A stretch of DNA of 24,000 nucleotides. Origin: Bacillota bacterium. Lineage in GTDB: Bacteria; Bacillota; Clostridia; Acetivibrionales; DSM-27016. The stretch is taken from the NCBI GenBank assembly GCA_023390115.1, contig JAEWDM010000022.1, forward strand, positions 313,211-337,210, read 5' to 3'. This document shows positions 21,638-24,000 of the stretch, piece after piece (the first letter of the stretch is position 1; each line of letters opens with the position of its first letter). Position numbers and translations under genes: made by a program. The notes under the pieces were generated by a model. The model was given only the letters and a program-made list of their open reading frames with translations. It was not told the origin of the DNA and ran no database searches.

Positions 21638-24000
21638 CTACTCACCCTGCTTCATCTGCATTTCCTGCCACTGAAGTCTGGTAATCAGCACCTGGCGAGG
21701 CTTGCTTCCTTCATATCGTCCCACAATTCCCCTCTCCTCCATCTGATCTACGATCCTTGCCGCTCTTGCATAGCCCACCTTGAATTTTCTTTGAATCATT
21801 GAAACGGATGCCTGACCCCCTTCAACAACGAGCTCTATTGCCTGAGGAAGCAGCTCGTCGCTATCACCGTCTTTTTTCTCCTCCTCAGAGCCTTCACTGT
21901 TTATCTCTTCTATAATGCTCTCATTATATTCAGCCTCTCCCATGGCTTTTATATACTGCACAACGCTTTCCACTTCCTTTTCGGACACAAAAGCCCCTTT
22001 AACCCTTATAGGCTTGGGCCGGCCTATGGGATAGAAAAGCATGTCGCCCTTTCCCAAAAGCTTTTCAGCTCCCGCCATATCCAGAATTGTCCGGGAGTCC
22101 ACCTGAGACGTAACTGCAAAGGATATTCTGGAGGGGATATTTGCTTTTATTATTCCGGTAATTACATCCACAGAGGGCCTCTGCGTGGCAATTACAAGAT
22201 GCATGCCCGCAGCTCTGGCCATTTGGGCAAGCCTGCATATCGCATCCTCAACATCGTTGGGCGCTACCATCATGAGATCGGCCAGCTCATCTATAATTAT
22301 AACTATCTGCGGAAGCAGCCCCTGTTCTCCGGCTTCTCTCTGAATTTCATTATATCCCTTTAAATCCCTGACCCCCTTTTCGGCAAACAGCTTATACCTG
22401 TTTACCATTTCCTGAACCGCCCAGTTTAAAGCACCTGCTGCTTTCTTGGGATCGGTGACCACAGGAATCAGCAAATGTGGTATGCCGTTATATACACCGA
22501 GCTCTACAACCTTGGGATCTATCATAAGGAGCTTTACCTCCTCCGGCGAGGCTTTATAAATAAGGCTTATTATAAGGCTGTTTATACATACGCTCTTTCC
22601 AGCGCCGGTAGCTCCGGCTATGAGCATGTGGGGCATTTTGGCTATATCGGCCACCACTATTTCGCCCGAAATGTCTTTTCCTACCGCAAAAGCAAGCTTC
22701 GAGGGAAATTCAGCAAACTCCGGGCAGTCTATAACCTCTCTTAGGAACACGGCAGACATATCCTTGTTGGGCACCTCTATTCCCACTGCAGCCTTTCCCG
22801 GTATGGGCGCCTCTATCCTCACTCCCGAGGCTGCCAGGTTTAAAGATATATCGTCAGACAAATTTACAATTCTGCTTACCTTTATCCCGGGACTGGGTTG
22901 AAGCTCATAGCGTGTAACCGCCGGGCCCCTGCTTACGTTTATAACTCTTGCCTCCACCCCGAAGCTTTTAAGAGTATCCTCAAGCTTTCTGGCCCCTTCT
23001 ATTGCCGAATTTTTTATTGCTTTAAAATCCGTATCACCCTGTAAATTCTGATTCAACAGGTCTATGGGGGGATATCTGTAAGCCGCTGCCGTACTATCCT
23101 TCTCTTCACATAAGGACTCCTGTGTATCCTCCTGTGCGGGCTTTTCCTCCCTGGCAGGCTGCTTCACAGTATTTTTTATTTTCTCGACCTCAGCCCCGGT
23201 GCTTTTTTTAAGATCCTTCATTATAAACTCTATGGGCTGAACCTCCTGCACCGCGGCAGCTTCCTGCACATCGACGGCAATGCTGCCTGTCTTTTCCTTC
23301 AACTCTCTTGAGGTTCTTTCTATCTCAAAATCGATAATATTGGGCTCTGGCTTAAATTGAAGCCTTAAATCGTCATCCACCTCTATCATATCGGAAGCCC
23401 TGCCCTTTGACAGAGCCTTATTCGTTTTATTTTTTTTCAAGCCTTCGGATATAAGCTCCCTGAATTTTTTATATCCGGAAATAAATACTCCCCTTATATT
23501 TCTTATGAAGTTTGCAATTGATATATTCGTAAGCAGCACAATATCTATTACCGATATTGCCGTAAGTATGATTATTGTCCCCAAAACCTTAAAGAGCATC
23601 AGGAAGGGTATGCTTACAATACCTCCGATAACCCCTCCCCCCTCGTAATTAACTCCGTTTTTGTAAAATTTGATCAGGCTGTCAAACACCGTTAAATTTT
23701 CAAAATCCCTTTCATCATAAAACCCCGTCTGTATAAGAGACGAAAGCAGCAGCAGCAGCACAGCACCATAAATACACCTTAAGTTAAAGTTCTTATCTCC
23801 TTTCCTCAGTATGAGAAAAAATGCATAGACTACCATAAGAGGAGGAACAGCCAATGCCGGCAGTCCCATCATCCCTAAAAATACACTTCGCAGGGTCTCC
23901 CCGAACAAGCCCACCGAGTTTCTGTAATAAAAGCCGAAGCCTATAAGAATACCCATCGCCAATATTACAATACCTATTATTTCATGATCGTATTTTTTAA
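21638..24000 (-). CDS. ftsK: DNA translocase FtsK/SpoIIIE; the extreme 5' end lies beyond the window edge
   Basis: The track ORF starts at an internal TTG (23962), but the frame stays open to position 24000 (..KKYDHEIIGIVILAMGILIG). The protein has N-terminal TM helices, a linker, a motor domain with Walker A (GATGAGKSVCINSLI) and Walker B (IVIIIDELADLMM), and a C-terminal winged-helix gamma domain (SVSMIQRKFKVGYARAARIVDQMEERGIV). Confidence 0.95.
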   Translation of the reverse strand, partial: KKYDHEIIGIVILAMGILIGFGFYYRNSVGLFGETLRSVFLGMMGLPALAVPPLMVVYAFFLILRKGDKNFNLRCIYGAVLLLLLSSLIQTGFYDERDFENLTVFDSLIKFYKNGVNYEGGGVIGGIVSIPFLMLFKVLGTIIILTAISVIDIVLLTNISIANFIRNIRGVFISGYKKFRELISEGLKKNKTNKALSKGRASDMIEVDDDLRLQFKPEPNIIDFEIERTSRELKEKTGSIAVDVQEAAAVQEVQPIEFIMKDLKKSTGAEVEKIKNTVKQPAREEKPAQEDTQESLCEEKDSTAAAYRYPPIDLLNQNLQGDTDFKAIKNSAIEGARKLEDTLKSFGVEARVINVSRGPAVTRYELQPSPGIKVSRIVNLSDDISLNLAASGVRIEAPIPGKAAVGIEVPNKDMSAVFLREVIDCPEFAEFPSKLAFAVGKDISGEIVVADIAKMPHMLIAGATGAGKSVCINSLIISLIYKASPEEVKLLMIDPKVVELGVYNGIPHLLIPVVTDPKKAAGALNWAVQEMVNRYKLFAEKGVRDLKGYNEIQREAGEQGLLPQIVIIIDELADLMMVAPNDVEDAICRLAQMARAAGMHLVIATQRPSVDVITGIIKANIPSRISFAVTSQVDSRTILDMAGAEKLLGKGDMLFYPIGRPKPIRVKGAFVSEKEVESVVQYIKAMGEAEYNESIIEEINSEGSEEEKKDGDSDELLPQAIELVVEGGQASVSMIQRKFKVGYARAARIVDQMEERGIVGRYEGSKPRQVLITRLQWQEMQMKQGE

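Overview
This window looks like a chromosomal segment from a Firmicutes or Clostridia-like genome, judged from gene content, GGAGG-type ribosome-binding sites and sigma-A consensus promoters. Almost everything is encoded on the minus strand. From left to right:
- **Left flank:** the 5' part of alaS with a structured leader, an AI-2E/PerM-type permease, a small membrane protein, a tandem PRC-barrel protein, and a DUF1015 protein (the only plus-strand gene).
- **Centre (about 5.0-17.1 kb):** a roughly 12 kb type IV pilus (T4P) locus with the gene order pilA, PilP-like, LysM/secretin-N-domain protein, pilT, pilC, pilM, pilN, pilO, pilB, PilX/GspK-like, and two minor pilins.
- **Right flank:** a serC-serA serine-biosynthesis operon preceded by a tandem glycine riboswitch, a membrane-anchored TPR protein with an in-frame 21-bp tandem repeat, and the 3' part of ftsK/spoIIIE.

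The most unusual content is inside the pilus locus. A secreted 633-aa protein carries LysM, an N0/STN-like domain and 5-6 secretin N1-like repeats, but no secretin beta-barrel. It sits next to a PilP-like protein. Together they resemble a PilP-PilQ(N-domain) module without the outer-membrane pore, which could be a cell-wall-spanning ring for a monoderm T4P.

The glycine riboswitch in front of serine-biosynthesis genes is a second noteworthy observation. No mobile elements, CRISPR arrays, tRNA genes or rRNA genes were seen.
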